Positions 8,378 through 18,737 of a stretch of 64,000 nucleotides of DNA are shown one piece after another. The translations under genes were made by a program, and so were the position numbers. Origin of the DNA: a phage; the NCBI GenBank assembly GCA_033580375.1, contig GCA_033580375.1_4527.1, one strand, 5' to 3'. The notes below the pieces were generated by a model. That model was not told the origin of the DNA, made no database searches, and saw nothing but the letters and a program-made list of their open reading frames with translations. Position 1 is the first letter of the stretch. Each line of letters begins with the position of its first letter.

Positions 8378-11089
8378 TCAAAAATCGAACATATCGAATA
8401 GAGATGCTTTCTTCTCGTAATCGAGTTTCGCTGCTGATGTGAATCCTTCAAGTGGTTTAATAAATGTCTTCTCAAGGAGAACAGTGTAGTCCATCCAATG
8501 AAGTACATCATCTTTGATTAAATCAGTGATTTCAGTACCAGAAGGCCATGCGATACATTTATCACCGAACGGGTTTCCTTCACGTAAAGGCAGAACATAT
8601 ACTTTTTCACCTTCTACAACTTGTGGTGCATCGATATTACCTTTGATAGCCCGGTTATACGTCAGAATTCCACGAATATGGAACGGACATTTAGGACCAG
8701 GGAATCCACCTACATCATATTTAGCAATGTTATTCGCAGAAGATACCGACGCGATGCTAATATAATTCAATTGACGGAATTCTTTTTCAAACTCTTTAAA
8801 ATATTCTTGTAATGATTCTTCACCTTCTTGAAGCATACGACGAATACATTCTTTAAGAGCTTTCTGTACCGCTTTAGGAGTTGAAGATTTCTGTGTTTCG
8901 AGACCCATGATTTTGAGTTTAGGCTCAGCGTAACGAGTACCTTCCATATCCCACACGTTTAATGCATAACGTTTCTTACCAGTCCAGAATCCGCCAATAC
9001 CTTTAGAACCGAGCGGAGGACCAGCGATAGCTTCTCGGTCCATGAACATTAAGTGTTGTTTATTGTTCATGTATTCACACATTTCACGGAAACCTCTATC
9101 AATAGCCGGTTCCATACGTTCACGAGCGAACTTATCTAAGAAGTCTACCCAATGGTTGGTATCACGGAATTTAGATTCACCAACCTTATCAATAATTTTA
9201 TCTGCAGATACATAAATGGAGTCTGTATCACCATAAAGAACGAAAGCTTCACCTTCTGTACCACAAACTTCGTTCAGATATTCATTAACTTTACGTTCAA
9301 TCCACTGTAAAGCCATTTGCCCGAATGTTGTGATTGCAGTAGCATTACGCAAATCGTAATAACGGAACCAAACGTTTCCAAGTGCACCATAAAGCGAGTT
9401 GATGAGTAATTTACGGTTAATCTGTGCAGTCATACCTGCAACTTCAGTACGTTGAGCTCTAAACAACATTTCATTAAGAGATTTAGCAGACAACTTTTTA
9501 ATCTTTTCTTTAATCTCGTCAGTGAAGTCGAAACGATAATCAACATCTAATGGTTCATCAACAGAAAGATTAGGATTATGCAATGCCTCTTTAATTATTT
9601 CACCATTACGTTGAGCTGCAAGCATGTAACCTTTATGTTCTTTACGCTGATTAAAGACCTTAGTGATTTCGGTTGGAACTACACCATCACGGTCTTTATA
9701 ATACATCATGCCATTAGGAGAGCAACTGTACACATCTGAAGGACGTTCAGCAACAGCGTTAATATAATCATGCAATGGAGCTACTTTAAACGTTCCTGCT
9801 ATTGTTTCTGGGCTAATATTCACTTGGCGAATAATACTTGGATACAGAGATGTAAGGTCGAAACTCATTACATATTTGTATCGATTTGGAATAGGTTCCT
9901 TAACAAAAGCGCCAGGATAAGGTTGAACCGGGTGAGAACGACCTTGTGGAATCACCTTGTTCTGCTCTTTAAGGCTATTAAAAATAATAGCATCCCATGT
10001 TTTAATTGGGCTAAACACAGATTGAATCTGTATCTTAGCATAATAACCCATGTCCAAACTCAAGTTGATGAACTGACGCTTAGCATCAATTTGCAATACA
10101 CGATACACGTCGATAATGTTATAAGAAATATATCGTTGGTGATTGCTTTCACGAAGCTTAGAAATAGGGCCTTCATATTTCAGTTTACCAACGTTCAATT
10201 CAAATTCTGAAATGTAATCCAGAGAATACGACGGTTGATTGGTAAAAGAGAATTTTTTGTAAAGGTCAATGTAATCAAGAACAGAGATACCGAACAATGT
10301 AATGATTTCACGAGAACCATACATGTTTTCGATAACTTTAACACGAGTTTTACGATGTGGTGATAAACGTTTCGCAGTAGATTCGCCAAAAATATTCTTG
10401 ATTCGGTTATACACATATGGAATATCAAATGACTCAACGTTCCATCCAGTCAAAATGACAGGAGTTTTCTGTTGCCAGAAGTTGAGATATTCCATCAACA
10501 ATTCTTTTTCGTTATCGAACGGCATATAAATGATTTTATCAATAATTTCGGATGGAACTTCATCACCACCTTGTTCTTGAAGCTTAGCCGCAATTTCGAT
10601 AGACCATTCTTCCACATTACCATATGGAGAATTCAATAGATCAAATACGTAGAACCTGTCGTCAATTGAGTCATAATGGGTGATAGCATCAATCGGATGT
10701 TTTGCTTGTGACGGCTCAGGGAACCCATCCGGAGATGTTACTTCGATGTCGAAGTTAGCCACACGAATTTTTGTATGGTCGTATTTGATTTCATAGTTAT
10801 AAGTGTCAGACAAATACGCTAATTTGAAATCGTCCATGCCAAGTGCTTCAAGTCCGATATCTTCCATGCGTTTAATCCATTGGGAGGCATCACGCATATT
10901 AGCGAACAACTTACGAGTACATGGCTTACCGTAGATATCGAAATATTTCGTAGCCTGACTTTCTGGACAATGAGCAAACAGTGATGGTTTATATTCTACT
11001 TCACGAGTACGTTCACGGCCGTTAGAATCGATGTAACGTTCAAAAATTGAATCACCGATCTGTTCAACCGTTAAGTAAAATTCTTTCAT
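8378..11089 (-). CDS. 43: DNA polymerase (family B), 903 aa
   Basis: MKEFYLTVEQIGDSIFERYIDSNGRERTREVEYKPSLFAHCPESQ... matches my recollection of RB69 gp43; exonuclease (FDIE) and polymerase (YGDTDS) motifs present. Confidence 0.98.
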   Translation of the reverse strand: MKEFYLTVEQIGDSIFERYIDSNGRERTREVEYKPSLFAHCPESQATKYFDIYGKPCTRKLFANMRDASQWIKRMEDIGLEALGMDDFKLAYLSDTYNYEIKYDHTKIRVANFDIEVTSPDGFPEPSQAKHPIDAITHYDSIDDRFYVFDLLNSPYGNVEEWSIEIAAKLQEQGGDEVPSEIIDKIIYMPFDNEKELLMEYLNFWQQKTPVILTGWNVESFDIPYVYNRIKNIFGESTAKRLSPHRKTRVKVIENMYGSREIITLFGISVLDYIDLYKKFSFTNQPSYSLDYISEFELNVGKLKYEGPISKLRESNHQRYISYNIIDVYRVLQIDAKRQFINLSLDMGYYAKIQIQSVFSPIKTWDAIIFNSLKEQNKVIPQGRSHPVQPYPGAFVKEPIPNRYKYVMSFDLTSLYPSIIRQVNISPETIAGTFKVAPLHDYINAVAERPSDVYSCSPNGMMYYKDRDGVVPTEITKVFNQRKEHKGYMLAAQRNGEIIKEALHNPNLSVDEPLDVDYRFDFTDEIKEKIKKLSAKSLNEMLFRAQRTEVAGMTAQINRKLLINSLYGALGNVWFRYYDLRNATAITTFGQMALQWIERKVNEYLNEVCGTEGEAFVLYGDTDSIYVSADKIIDKVGESKFRDTNHWVDFLDKFARERMEPAIDRGFREMCEYMNNKQHLMFMDREAIAGPPLGSKGIGGFWTGKKRYALNVWDMEGTRYAEPKLKIMGLETQKSSTPKAVQKALKECIRRMLQEGEESLQEYFKEFEKEFRQLNYISIASVSSANNIAKYDVGGFPGPKCPFHIRGILTYNRAIKGNIDAPQVVEGEKVYVLPLREGNPFGDKCIAWPSGTEITDLIKDDVLHWMDYTVLLEKTFIKPLEGFTSAAKLDYEKKASLFDMFDF

Positions 11090-11148
11090 TTAATTTCCTT
11101 TAGACGAGTTATTGTCTTTTGTTTGTTGATGAACTTATTATACTCCAA

Positions 11149-11166
11149 ATGGGACCGAAGTCCCAT
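11149..11166 (-). promoter_or_regulatory. Stable hairpin (GGGAC-UUCG-GUCCC on mRNA) in regA-43 intergenic region; candidate gp43 translational operator element or regA terminator
   Basis: Perfect 7-bp stem with UUCG tetraloop read from sequence; T4 gp43 autoregulates via an operator hairpin (established), but this hairpin is about 60 nt upstream of the ATG so the assignment is tentative. Confidence 0.3.
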
Positions 11167-11170
11167 TGCT

Positions 11171-11539
11171 TTAATTACCAATTGTATATTTTGCTTTCAA
11201 AGTCCAGTCATCTTTCTGTTTAAAAGAGATAACACGGAAGTTATTAGTCAGGCTAAATAGATCTTCACGAGCAGAGTCTTCAATAACAATTAATCCCCAG
11301 TCTTCAAGCAACTGAGCAATCGAATCACGTCGCTGATAGTCTTCACCATCAATATCAACCTGACGTCCGTCCATACGCAGCATTTCTTTAAAGTGGACGA
11401 TGTAATATTTACCTTGCTTTTGGAGGATATGACAGGACTGATAAAGGATTTTATCCTTGTTATTAGCGATGCCCATACGGGTCAAAGTCTCTTTGACTTT
11501 CAGAAAATCTTCAGGGTTCTTCAATTTAATTTCAATCAT
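11171..11539 (-). CDS. regA: RegA translational repressor, 122 aa
   Basis: MIEIKLKNPEDFLKVKETLTRMGIANNKDKILYQSCHILQK... resembles T4 RegA; start taken at MIEI (ORF track start 11548 adds 3 codons); synteny 62-regA-43. Confidence 0.85.
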   Translation of the reverse strand: MIEIKLKNPEDFLKVKETLTRMGIANNKDKILYQSCHILQKQGKYYIVHFKEMLRMDGRQVDIDGEDYQRRDSIAQLLEDWGLIVIEDSAREDLFSLTNNFRVISFKQKDDWTLKAKYTIGN

Positions 11540-11541
11540 TT

Positions 11542-12105
11542 TTACCATTCCAATGCTAATTTTTTAAATTGTTTTTGTTCTTTTACGTTTTTAGTAACTT
11601 CTTTGAGAAATTCATCAGTGACCATGGCCTTCAGTTCTTTAAGGACTATTGGCAGCTTGTTATTTTTTTCAAGGAGCCGCTTATACTCGGTAGCATCATT
11701 CATGTTGATTGTGTAATGTTTCATCAACAGTTTGATAACTAGTAACTCTGAAGTGTCTTCGACTAGTTTAGCCCATTTAGAGAATCGACGACCACGCGGA
11801 ATTGCCGCCATCATATAGTTGAAGTGCGCTTCATCACTTAATTCAGAACCGACTAAGTTCATCATGTAAACGGCTGGCATACATTCTGGGAACTGGGATA
11901 ATGAGTTCTCAATCATAAATTTTGAGTAGTCGACCTGAGCAATTGACATAGATTTCTTTTCATTAATGGCATTAATGATTTTAAAGAATTCATTCTCAGG
12001 TTTTTCTTTAAACATATCAGCACATTTTTGAATCGCATCAGCGTCATTAGACTTCCATGCAATTTGGTGCTCGTTAAGCTGGACGTCATCATCGAATAAG
12101 TTCAT
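11542..12105 (-). CDS. 62: Clamp-loader subunit gp62, 187 aa
   Basis: Sequence and length match T4 gp62 as recalled (...[20 protein letters not shown]); synteny. Confidence 0.9.
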   Translation of the reverse strand: MNLFDDDVQLNEHQIAWKSNDADAIQKCADMFKEKPENEFFKIINAINEKKSMSIAQVDYSKFMIENSLSQFPECMPAVYMMNLVGSELSDEAHFNYMMAAIPRGRRFSKWAKLVEDTSELLVIKLLMKHYTINMNDATEYKRLLEKNNKLPIVLKELKAMVTDEFLKEVTKNVKEQKQFKKLALEW

Positions 12106-12106
12106 A

Positions 12107-13069
12107 TTATTTCCAAGTCAGTTCACAGGTCAGTTGAAGAAGCATATACATAACATGTAATTCAATATTACTTGCTAGTCCATGAAACTTATTATTTTCG
12201 CCTGCAATTTCGTAAAGCGAAATAATACTTTTACCAGGTGCAACTTGGTCATAACATTCTGAAACTAATTTATCGATGAACCACGAATAATCTGCAGCAT
12301 ATTTTGGAGCTAATGCACGAAGCTGTTTGATATCTTTGTTCTTCATTGCTTCGATAACATCAGAGACTGTTCCACGGTCATTAGTTACGATAGACAGAAT
12401 ACCTGCATCAAGAACACCTTTAGACGAGTACTGGTCTAATTGGCCGATTGTGCGACGAAAGTCTGGGAAGTTCTTTTTAACCAGAGCTGCAACAACTTTC
12501 ATATCAGCGATTTCGATATTTTCATTCTTACAGATTTCAACCATACGATGAATCATTTTCTTCATCATCGAGATTTTATCTTCTTCGGTCGGACGACCGA
12601 ATTCGATAACTCGACAACGGCTACGTAATGGTTCAATAATTCCATCGATGTTGTTAGCAGTAATAATAATAGAACAGTTACTAGAGAATTCTTCCATGAA
12701 TGTACGAAGGTGACGTTGTGATTCGGCGAGGCCACTACGGTCAAATTCATCAATAACAATAACTTTAGGCTTGCCTTCCATTGAGACTGAACGAGCGAAT
12801 GCAGTTAACGGACCACGCACAAAATCAATTTTACAATCAGAACCGTTGACGAACATCATTTCGGCATTGATATCATTACATAATGCTTTTGCTACGGTTG
12901 TTTTACCTGTACCAGGAGATGGAGAGTGTAAAATAATATGAGGAAGTTTTCCTTTAGATACTAAAGACTTGAATGTTTCATGGTCATACGCAGGCAGAAT
13001 ACATTCGTCAATGGAAGAAGGACGATATTTCTGTTCTAGAATGTGTTCTTTGGAATTGATAGTAATCAT
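12107..13069 (-). CDS. 44: Clamp-loader ATPase gp44, 320 aa
   Basis: Walker [11 protein letters not shown], Walker [12 protein letters not shown] motif (LRSRC); synteny. Confidence 0.92.
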   Translation of the reverse strand: MITINSKEHILEQKYRPSSIDECILPAYDHETFKSLVSKGKLPHIILHSPSPGTGKTTVAKALCNDINAEMMFVNGSDCKIDFVRGPLTAFARSVSMEGKPKVIVIDEFDRSGLAESQRHLRTFMEEFSSNCSIIITANNIDGIIEPLRSRCRVIEFGRPTEEDKISMMKKMIHRMVEICKNENIEIADMKVVAALVKKNFPDFRRTIGQLDQYSSKGVLDAGILSIVTNDRGTVSDVIEAMKNKDIKQLRALAPKYAADYSWFIDKLVSECYDQVAPGKSIISLYEIAGENNKFHGLASNIELHVMYMLLQLTCELTWK

Positions 13070-13095
13070 GTAATTTTCCTCATTATCATTAAACT

Positions 13096-13111
13096 GGAGG
13101 ATTTCTCCTCC
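13096..13111 (-). promoter_or_regulatory. Hairpin GGAGGA-gaaa-UCCUCC in the 45-44 intercistronic region
   Basis: Perfect 6-bp stem about 25 nt upstream of gene 44 ATG; possible attenuator or translational control element. Confidence 0.3.
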
Positions 13112-13144
13112 ATAATCGTACTACATTAAACGTAAAGCTTTAAC

Positions 13145-13831
13145 TTAGAAGTCGTGGGTAGAATCGGCTTCCATCGCAATAACATAACTTACTTGAGAGC
13201 TTTCAAACTTAGCTGCAACTTTATCACCAGCTCCCCACAACATTACTTTATAGTTACCTGGCTGGATTTTCATATTAGCCATATTGATTACGAAGTTAAA
13301 GTTATTAGAACCATCATAATCGGTAAGAGTCAAAGAATACTTAGGACGAGTTAGTCCAGAATCTTCAACTTTATTATAACCGTTGATAACAATTTTACCA
13401 TCTTTATTTGTAATAGCAATTGTATCAATCTGAAGACCACGTGAAACTCGAAGCAATTGTTGAAGGTCTTCAGCTTTAATTTCAGTAATCACCGAAGCCA
13501 CTGGGAATTGAATTGGCTTATTAGGAAAAACAATGGTGCTCTTGTCGGCAGCAGGCCAATAAACTGTGGAACGTGTATCTGCAATTTTAATATTGCCATC
13601 GGTGTGCATTGAAATTTCAGCATCATCAGACACTAGACTCAAAATGCTTAAGAAGCTATTCAAATCATAAAGTGCTACGTCAAAATCAATTTCATCAGAG
13701 ATATTTGCTTCCGCATAAGTGGTGCCATTAACTGCACGGGTCATAATAAATTTACCTTGACTCAGCAGAATGCCGGAGTTAATAGAGGCAAAGTTTTTCA
13801 GAATAGCGATAGTATCTTTAGACAGTTTCAT
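13145..13831 (-). CDS. 45: Sliding clamp gp45, 228 aa
   Basis: MKLSKDTIAILKNFASINSGI... matches T4 gp45 as recalled; ORF track start 13846 adds 5 codons. Confidence 0.9.
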   Translation of the reverse strand: MKLSKDTIAILKNFASINSGILLSQGKFIMTRAVNGTTYAEANISDEIDFDVALYDLNSFLSILSLVSDDAEISMHTDGNIKIADTRSTVYWPAADKSTIVFPNKPIQFPVASVITEIKAEDLQQLLRVSRGLQIDTIAITNKDGKIVINGYNKVEDSGLTRPKYSLTLTDYDGSNNFNFVINMANMKIQPGNYKVMLWGAGDKVAAKFESSQVSYVIAMEADSTHDF

Positions 13832-13873
13832 TTTATTTCCTTTCAAGACAATTCAAAGTTTAAAAAAAATTTA

Positions 13874-14290
13874 TTATGCAGCAACCATCTGCTTTTTAAT
13901 AGCTTCAGGCAGTGATTCAATATATTCTGGAATTTTAGAAGCAACAATTTCGCCGGCTGCAATTAATTGTTCGTCGGCATCAACACAGTAGAAATCTTCC
14001 AGACGCTCAGAACCATCTTTATCAAGAACGATTTTTCCACCAGCTTCAATAGAATCTTTATAGTGCTTACGCATCAGATGAATCCACATATCAGATACAT
14101 CGTTGTCGATAAAACCATAAATCATAAAACGAGTTTCTTGTGGCAAAGATTGAAGCTTTTTAGCACTTGCGTCATCACAATGCAGGACCCATGCTTTACG
14201 AACACGATTATGGTTATGTGGGTTAGCGTCAGTACGGATAGAAGTAACTTTCAGATCAGCAGCAGTAAAACCTTTAGCAGTAGTAAACAT
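13874..14290 (-). CDS. rpbA: RpbA-like RNA polymerase-binding protein, 138 aa
   Basis: Position between 45 and 46 as T4 rpbA; size similar; no sequence recall. Confidence 0.5.
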   Translation of the reverse strand: MFTTAKGFTAADLKVTSIRTDANPHNHNRVRKAWVLHCDDASAKKLQSLPQETRFMIYGFIDNDVSDMWIHLMRKHYKDSIEAGGKIVLDKDGSERLEDFYCVDADEQLIAAGEIVASKIPEYIESLPEAIKKQMVAA

Positions 14291-14302
14291 ATTATTTCTC
14301 TC

Positions 14303-14503
14303 TTATTCGTAGAAGTCGGTAACTGTCCATGCGGAATTGCGATTAGACATTATTTTATTATACTCATCTTTAAAAGCAGATTTGAGCATTTGTTCAGTAA
14401 CAATATGTTCTTCACCTGAAAACGTATTGGTCAAAACATATTTTTTAATTTCAGGGACAACAAGAAGATGTTGTCCGGTTGAATACTCCATGTTGTTCTC
14501 CAT
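14303..14503 (-). CDS. Hypothetical protein, 66 aa (45.2 position)
   Basis: ORF in operon context. Confidence 0.5.
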   Translation of the reverse strand: MENNMEYSTGQHLLVVPEIKKYVLTNTFSGEEHIVTEQMLKSAFKDEYNKIMSNRNSAWTVTDFYE

Positions 14504-14545
14504 TTAATTTGATGTGGTCATTATAACCACATCGTGTTAAAGCGT

Positions 14546-16234
14546 TTATGAAACAGTCATTACCGTAAATCGTCCAACTTTGCTCATCTGAAGATGTTGT
14601 CCATAAGCTTGTGGGTCATGGTCTCTGTGACTAATTATAAACACGTTTGCATCGGTTAGAGAGTTAAGAATTGTTGAAATAGCTTTAATACCTTCAGAAT
14701 CAGTCGCGGAATCCATGACTTCGTCCATAATTAATGTATTGATTCTAACACCAGAAACCTTTTCAGCAATATCTCGCCATGTAAACAACAATGCGATATC
14801 GATACGTGCTTTTTCACCTTGACTAAATGAAGCATAACTAAAATCTTCACGGCCGCGTGATTTTATAGATTCATTGAATTCTTCGTCAATAGAAAACACA
14901 TAATCAGCTTCCATGATTTTAAGATAATGGTTAATCTGCTTGTTGAACAGAGGCACATATTTTTTAATGATAGCACCTTTAATACCAGAATCTTTTAACA
15001 TATCTGTGATAATACCACGATGGTATTTTTCAAGAACGATATCCGATTTTGTTTTAATGATTTTATCAAGTTCTTTTTGAAGCAAAGCTATCTCATCGGC
15101 ATGGTCGATAAATTCCGCCGAGGCTTGTTCTATTGCAGCTTTAACTTTCTTAGCTTTATCAATAGTGGCAATCATTGCTTGTTTCTTGGTACGAATATCG
15201 GATGCAAGGTCCTGTTTAGTCTTAACATTAGCTCGATATTCGTCCACTAGGACACTCAGATTATCTCTGTGACAGGTAAGTTGCTCGAATGAGTGATTAC
15301 ATTCATGAAGCTTATCGGTAATCTTAGAGACAATAGGATCACCCTGGTGCAACTGCGATGCACAAGTAGGACATGTGCCACCATCGTGATACATCTTAAT
15401 AACTTTGTTATATGAGTCAATTTTAGATTTAATCAAGAATGCTTCTTGTCCGATCTTGTTGAACGCCTCAGTAGGGTCTTCATCAAGAACGATATTAAGT
15501 AGACGCTCATTAGCTTCTTCGATTTCTGCTTTTAATGAACGAGCTTCTTTGGCTAGGTCGTCATACATATTCTGTAGACGTGCTACATTATCGCCAGATA
15601 ATTTCTTTTGACGTTCGATATTCTCGTTATAAATCTTAATTTGTTGGATAATACCATCTTTCTTGGCATCGAGAACTTGTCCCTGGGAATTAAGTTCGCG
15701 AACTTGAGACTTATTGATTTTATCCATTTCAGCGAGTGTGCCGACTTCTAAAAGGTCTTCGACAAGTTTTCTACGAGCAGGGGTGCTAAGAGCCATGAAA
15801 GGGGTATACCCTGCCGTCCCAAGCACAACGATTTGTTTAAAAGACGCGTATGACATTCCGATGCTACGTTCAAATTCTTCTTGGAAGTCACGACTGCTGG
15901 CAGATTCATCGAGACGAACACCGTCAACGGAGATTTCGAAAATATTGGGCTTTTGGCCACGTTTAATGAAGTATTTTTTACCATCGAATTCCATCCAAAG
16001 CTCAACTAAGAGCTCTTTCTTGTTCGTGCTATTAATGATTTGTCCTTTCTTAACATCACGAAATGGTTTACCGAAAAGTCCGAAAGTAATGGCTTCTAAC
16101 ATCGTAGATTTACCACCGCCATTTTTACCAGTGATTAATGTCTTTTGGACTTTATCTAATTGGATATCGATAGGATTCCCACCTACCGACATGATGTTTT
16201 GATAACGAACACGATTTAATTTAAATGATTTCAT
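14546..16234 (-). CDS. 46: Recombination endonuclease subunit gp46 (Rad50/SbcC-like ATPase), 562 aa
   Basis: N-terminal Walker A GKNGGGKST, long coiled-coil middle with CPTC zinc hook, C-terminal signature/Walker B (LIMDEV); synteny. Confidence 0.92.
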   Translation of the reverse strand: MKSFKLNRVRYQNIMSVGGNPIDIQLDKVQKTLITGKNGGGKSTMLEAITFGLFGKPFRDVKKGQIINSTNKKELLVELWMEFDGKKYFIKRGQKPNIFEISVDGVRLDESASSRDFQEEFERSIGMSYASFKQIVVLGTAGYTPFMALSTPARRKLVEDLLEVGTLAEMDKINKSQVRELNSQGQVLDAKKDGIIQQIKIYNENIERQKKLSGDNVARLQNMYDDLAKEARSLKAEIEEANERLLNIVLDEDPTEAFNKIGQEAFLIKSKIDSYNKVIKMYHDGGTCPTCASQLHQGDPIVSKITDKLHECNHSFEQLTCHRDNLSVLVDEYRANVKTKQDLASDIRTKKQAMIATIDKAKKVKAAIEQASAEFIDHADEIALLQKELDKIIKTKSDIVLEKYHRGIITDMLKDSGIKGAIIKKYVPLFNKQINHYLKIMEADYVFSIDEEFNESIKSRGREDFSYASFSQGEKARIDIALLFTWRDIAEKVSGVRINTLIMDEVMDSATDSEGIKAISTILNSLTDANVFIISHRDHDPQAYGQHLQMSKVGRFTVMTVS

Positions 16235-16479
16235 ATGTATTCTCTTCGAATGAAGTCCTCTACATATTTTAACATGTCATCCCTATCAGCAAAATATTCA
16301 TCTAGTTCTGCATACATAACAACACCCGGTGCATACTCACAGGTAACATACATTGTTCCAAAGAAACGAGGAGATGATTCCTCGTAATTCTCAGTCCATT
16401 CAACGATACCAATATAACCGTCGCCAATACTAAATTCATGACGATGGATTTCATAGTCAGTCTTCGTCATTATACGCAT
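16231..16479 (-). CDS. Hypothetical protein, 82 aa (46.1 position)
   Basis: ORF overlapping neighbours by 4 nt in operon. Confidence 0.55.
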   Translation of the reverse strand: MRIMTKTDYEIHRHEFSIGDGYIGIVEWTENYEESSPRFFGTMYVTCEYAPGVVMYAELDEYFADRDDMLKYVEDFIRREYI

Positions 16480-16714
16480 CCTCGATACATGCTTCAGCCA
16501 TTTTAAGAATAGAGCCAGGAGTATCGTTGTCCATTATATTAAAGCTAAATTCAATAGCCCAGTCGGTACAGACATGAACGGCTTTAACTTCATTGCCTTC
16601 AACGCGTAATGGCTCAATCCAATACTTGATGGTGTTCTCGAATCCATCATCATCTTTAACGTCTATTTCAGCTTCAAGTCCGAGCCCAGCATTGTTAAAT
16701 TCATCTAAAGTCAT
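16457..16714 (-). CDS. Hypothetical acidic protein, 85 aa (46.2 position)
   Basis: ORF in operon. Confidence 0.55.
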   Translation of the reverse strand: MTLDEFNNAGLGLEAEIDVKDDDGFENTIKYWIEPLRVEGNEVKAVHVCTDWAIEFSFNIMDNDTPGSILKMAEACIEDAYNDED

Positions 16715-17730
16715 TGTGTTGCCTCAATATAAAGTTCGTTGGAATATTTGACCAGCGCTTCTCTGTCTTCGTCTGAGATATCTGGAATCGCGTCAATATA
16801 TTCTTTAATGATATCTTGAAGTGATTTAATCTCGATTTCCTGGTCGTCATCAGATTCAACACTGTTATCAACTTTAGAAACCATACGAAGAGAGTGAACT
16901 ACTTTTTCAAGTTCAGATTCAAACTTAGTCAACTCTGAATCAATTTCTGATACTATAACACGTACGGCTAGATTAGTATAATCAGAATAATTGATTTTGC
17001 CTTTAAACGGATAAGTGATTCGTCGATGCCATGTTGTTTCATTAGGAATAAATTCCATACGTTCAACATCAGTGTCAAATACCCAGAATCCGCGCGGGTC
17101 GTTCTCGTCACCTGCAGTAAGGGTCCATGGTGTCCCAATATATTTGACGTTAGCAGCTTCAGAGATTGTGTGGAAGTGGCCAGACCAGACTTGTTTATAG
17201 GTCTTTAAGAAATCAGGTTCAAGCCCATGAGACTTCATTCCTTTATAGAAATAAAAGCCATTCAGTTCCCAGTGCCCAACACAATATGCCGCAGAAGAAG
17301 TCTTGATGTGCTCTAAGATTTCACCTGTATTTTCTTCACACATCCACGGAACGATATCAATCAGACATCCGTCAAAATCTACAGTAGTTGGATGTTCGTA
17401 AATAGTAAAGTTTTCAAATTGAGTTAACAATTCAGAAACAGTGTTAGGTGTTATTGTATTCTTAAACGCCATGTCATGGTTTCCTATCGTGACATGAACG
17501 TGAATGCCTGCTTTAGAAATCATATCAACGATTTCACGATTGAATTCCATTGTACGATGTGTAATTGCTTTACGGACGTCAAACCAATCACCGTACTGAA
17601 TCCAAGTTTTAATCCCGTGTTTCTTAGAGTATTCAATTGCTTGACGAATACCATCACGTTGAATATCTTGAACCCATGGGTCATCTTGTTTGACTCCGAT
17701 ATGGAAGTCGCCTAAGTGCAAAATTTTCAT
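16711..17730 (-). CDS. 47: Recombination nuclease subunit gp47 (Mre11/SbcD-like phosphoesterase), 339 aa
   Basis: Calcineurin-like motifs (LHLGDFH, GDWFD, GNHD, GHWE, GHFH); synteny. Confidence 0.92.
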   Translation of the reverse strand: MKILHLGDFHIGVKQDDPWVQDIQRDGIRQAIEYSKKHGIKTWIQYGDWFDVRKAITHRTMEFNREIVDMISKAGIHVHVTIGNHDMAFKNTITPNTVSELLTQFENFTIYEHPTTVDFDGCLIDIVPWMCEENTGEILEHIKTSSAAYCVGHWELNGFYFYKGMKSHGLEPDFLKTYKQVWSGHFHTISEAANVKYIGTPWTLTAGDENDPRGFWVFDTDVERMEFIPNETTWHRRITYPFKGKINYSDYTNLAVRVIVSEIDSELTKFESELEKVVHSLRMVSKVDNSVESDDDQEIEIKSLQDIIKEYIDAIPDISDEDREALVKYSNELYIEATQ

Positions 17731-17753
17731 ATTATTTCCTCATTAGTTAATTC

Positions 17754-17777
17754 ATTCTATCATCCGTTTATAAAGCA
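17754..17777 (-). promoter_or_regulatory. Candidate MotA-dependent middle promoter for gene 47 (TGCTTTA, 11 bp, TAGAAT)
   Basis: Minus strand ...TGCTTTAtaaacggatgaTAGAATgaattaactaatgaggaaataatATG. Confidence 0.45.
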
Positions 17778-17802
17778 AAAAAAAAAGAACTCCGAAGAGT
17801 TC
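17778..17802 (-). terminator. Rho-independent terminator (GAACUC-uucg-GAGUUC followed by U9)
   Basis: Perfect 6-bp stem with UUCG loop and long T-run on minus strand. Confidence 0.75.
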
Positions 17803-17976
17803 CTATCCACATAGTACACCGTACAGAGGCTCATTTGAACTTTTAAATCGAATGGGCTTGTGCGTAATAGTTCCTTCGGCTTTAGCTTTATCATAAGACT
17901 CTTTAAAACGTCTCATTCTTTCTGCTTTGCCTTTACGGATTTTATCGAAATTTTCAGAGGTCAGGTCGTTCGTCAT
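17803..17976 (-). CDS. Hypothetical small basic protein, 57 aa (not in ORF track)
   Basis: Hand translation MTNDLTSENFDKIRKGKAERMRRFKESYDKAKAEG...; GAGGTG SD; sits where T4 has alpha-gt. Confidence 0.35.
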   Translation of the reverse strand: MTNDLTSENFDKIRKGKAERMRRFKESYDKAKAEGTITHKPIRFKSSNEPLYGVLCG

Positions 17977-18015
17977 GCATAAGCACCTCTCAGAAAATGC
18001 CTAAATCGATTTCTC

Positions 18016-18222
18016 TCATCGTTTCCACCATTTCTTAACTTGAAATGAATCGACCCACACGAGTTGTTTTGGGTCTGCCTTTACAATAGGCGGACAAATT
18101 TCTGTAATAGAACCGTCGTGATATTCCTTTTCAGAAATTTTAACACAAAGAGGACCACCCAATTTAATGGTGAACCCTGCGTTCAGCTTCAGACGTTTAA
18201 ATTTTGTTTGAACTAGCGCCAT
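18016..18222 (-). CDS. Hypothetical protein, about 68 aa
   Basis: ORF track 18016..18237 starts with TTG; first ATG at 18220-18222. Confidence 0.45.
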   Translation of the reverse strand: MALVQTKFKRLKLNAGFTIKLGGPLCVKISEKEYHDGSITEICPPIVKADPKQLVWVDSFQVKKWWKR

Positions 18223-18520
18223 TAATGATGTCCTCAATAGCCTGACGAGTAGTAATCCACTGGATTTTAATTAACTTGTCATTATATGGTTGTCGTAGAA
18301 TATCCCGAGATTTCTTAATAGCATATTCGTAAGCTTCGAAGTTGTTTTGAATTGCTGCTTCTTGAGCATGTGCATAAAGACGGTTTAGTTCAAAACGATT
18401 CTTTTTAAGAATCTTTTCAGATTTTTTACGTGCTTCAGCTTCATTTTTCTTTTGGATTTCTTGTAGCATTTTAGCCACTGCATCTTCTGCTTCTTTATTT
18501 TCAATAATCTCGGTAGTCAT
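18197..18520 (-). CDS. Hypothetical coiled-coil protein, 107 aa
   Basis: ATG verified 18518-18520. Confidence 0.55.
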   Translation of the reverse strand: MTTEIIENKEAEDAVAKMLQEIQKKNEAEARKKSEKILKKNRFELNRLYAHAQEAAIQNNFEAYEYAIKKSRDILRQPYNDKLIKIQWITTRQAIEDIINGASSNKI

Positions 18521-18521
18521 A

Positions 18522-18737
18522 TTATCTCATTAAATTAAAATAAAAACGTCCGTCCTCTTCAATACAGAACTCGTACTCAACTGGAGTCCCATTTATCGAA
18601 AATGACACGTCATGTGGGTTCAAAGGGTCGATGTCAAAATTAATTTTAAATTCTCGACCCAACAGTTTTACCAAATAAGGGATTGCTTCGTCAAAAGGTT
18701 CTTCTAAGTAGTTAGAGATATCAATTGTCATCCTCAT
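18522..18737 (-). CDS. Hypothetical protein, about 72 aa (start uncertain)
   Basis: ORF track start 18815 would overlap gp55 by 95 nt; internal ATGs at 18737 and 18731. Confidence 0.4.
   Translation of the reverse strand: MRMTIDISNYLEEPFDEAIPYLVKLLGREFKINFDIDPLNPHDVSFSINGTPVEYEFCIEEDGRFYFNLMR

Noticed and set aside
11167-11190. Plus-strand MotA-box-like TGCTTTA followed 11 bp later by TATATT
   Set aside because: It would drive transcription antisense to regA; more likely a chance match in AT-rich DNA
394-16202. Plus-strand ORFs from the six-frame track inside the replication gene cluster (e.g. 611-976, 1472-1738, 8514-8765, 9770-10210, 15714-16202)
   Set aside because: Each lies antisense within a long, well-supported minus-strand gene (uvsX, 43, 46 and others), has no SD or promoter, and has odd composition; they are frame shadows
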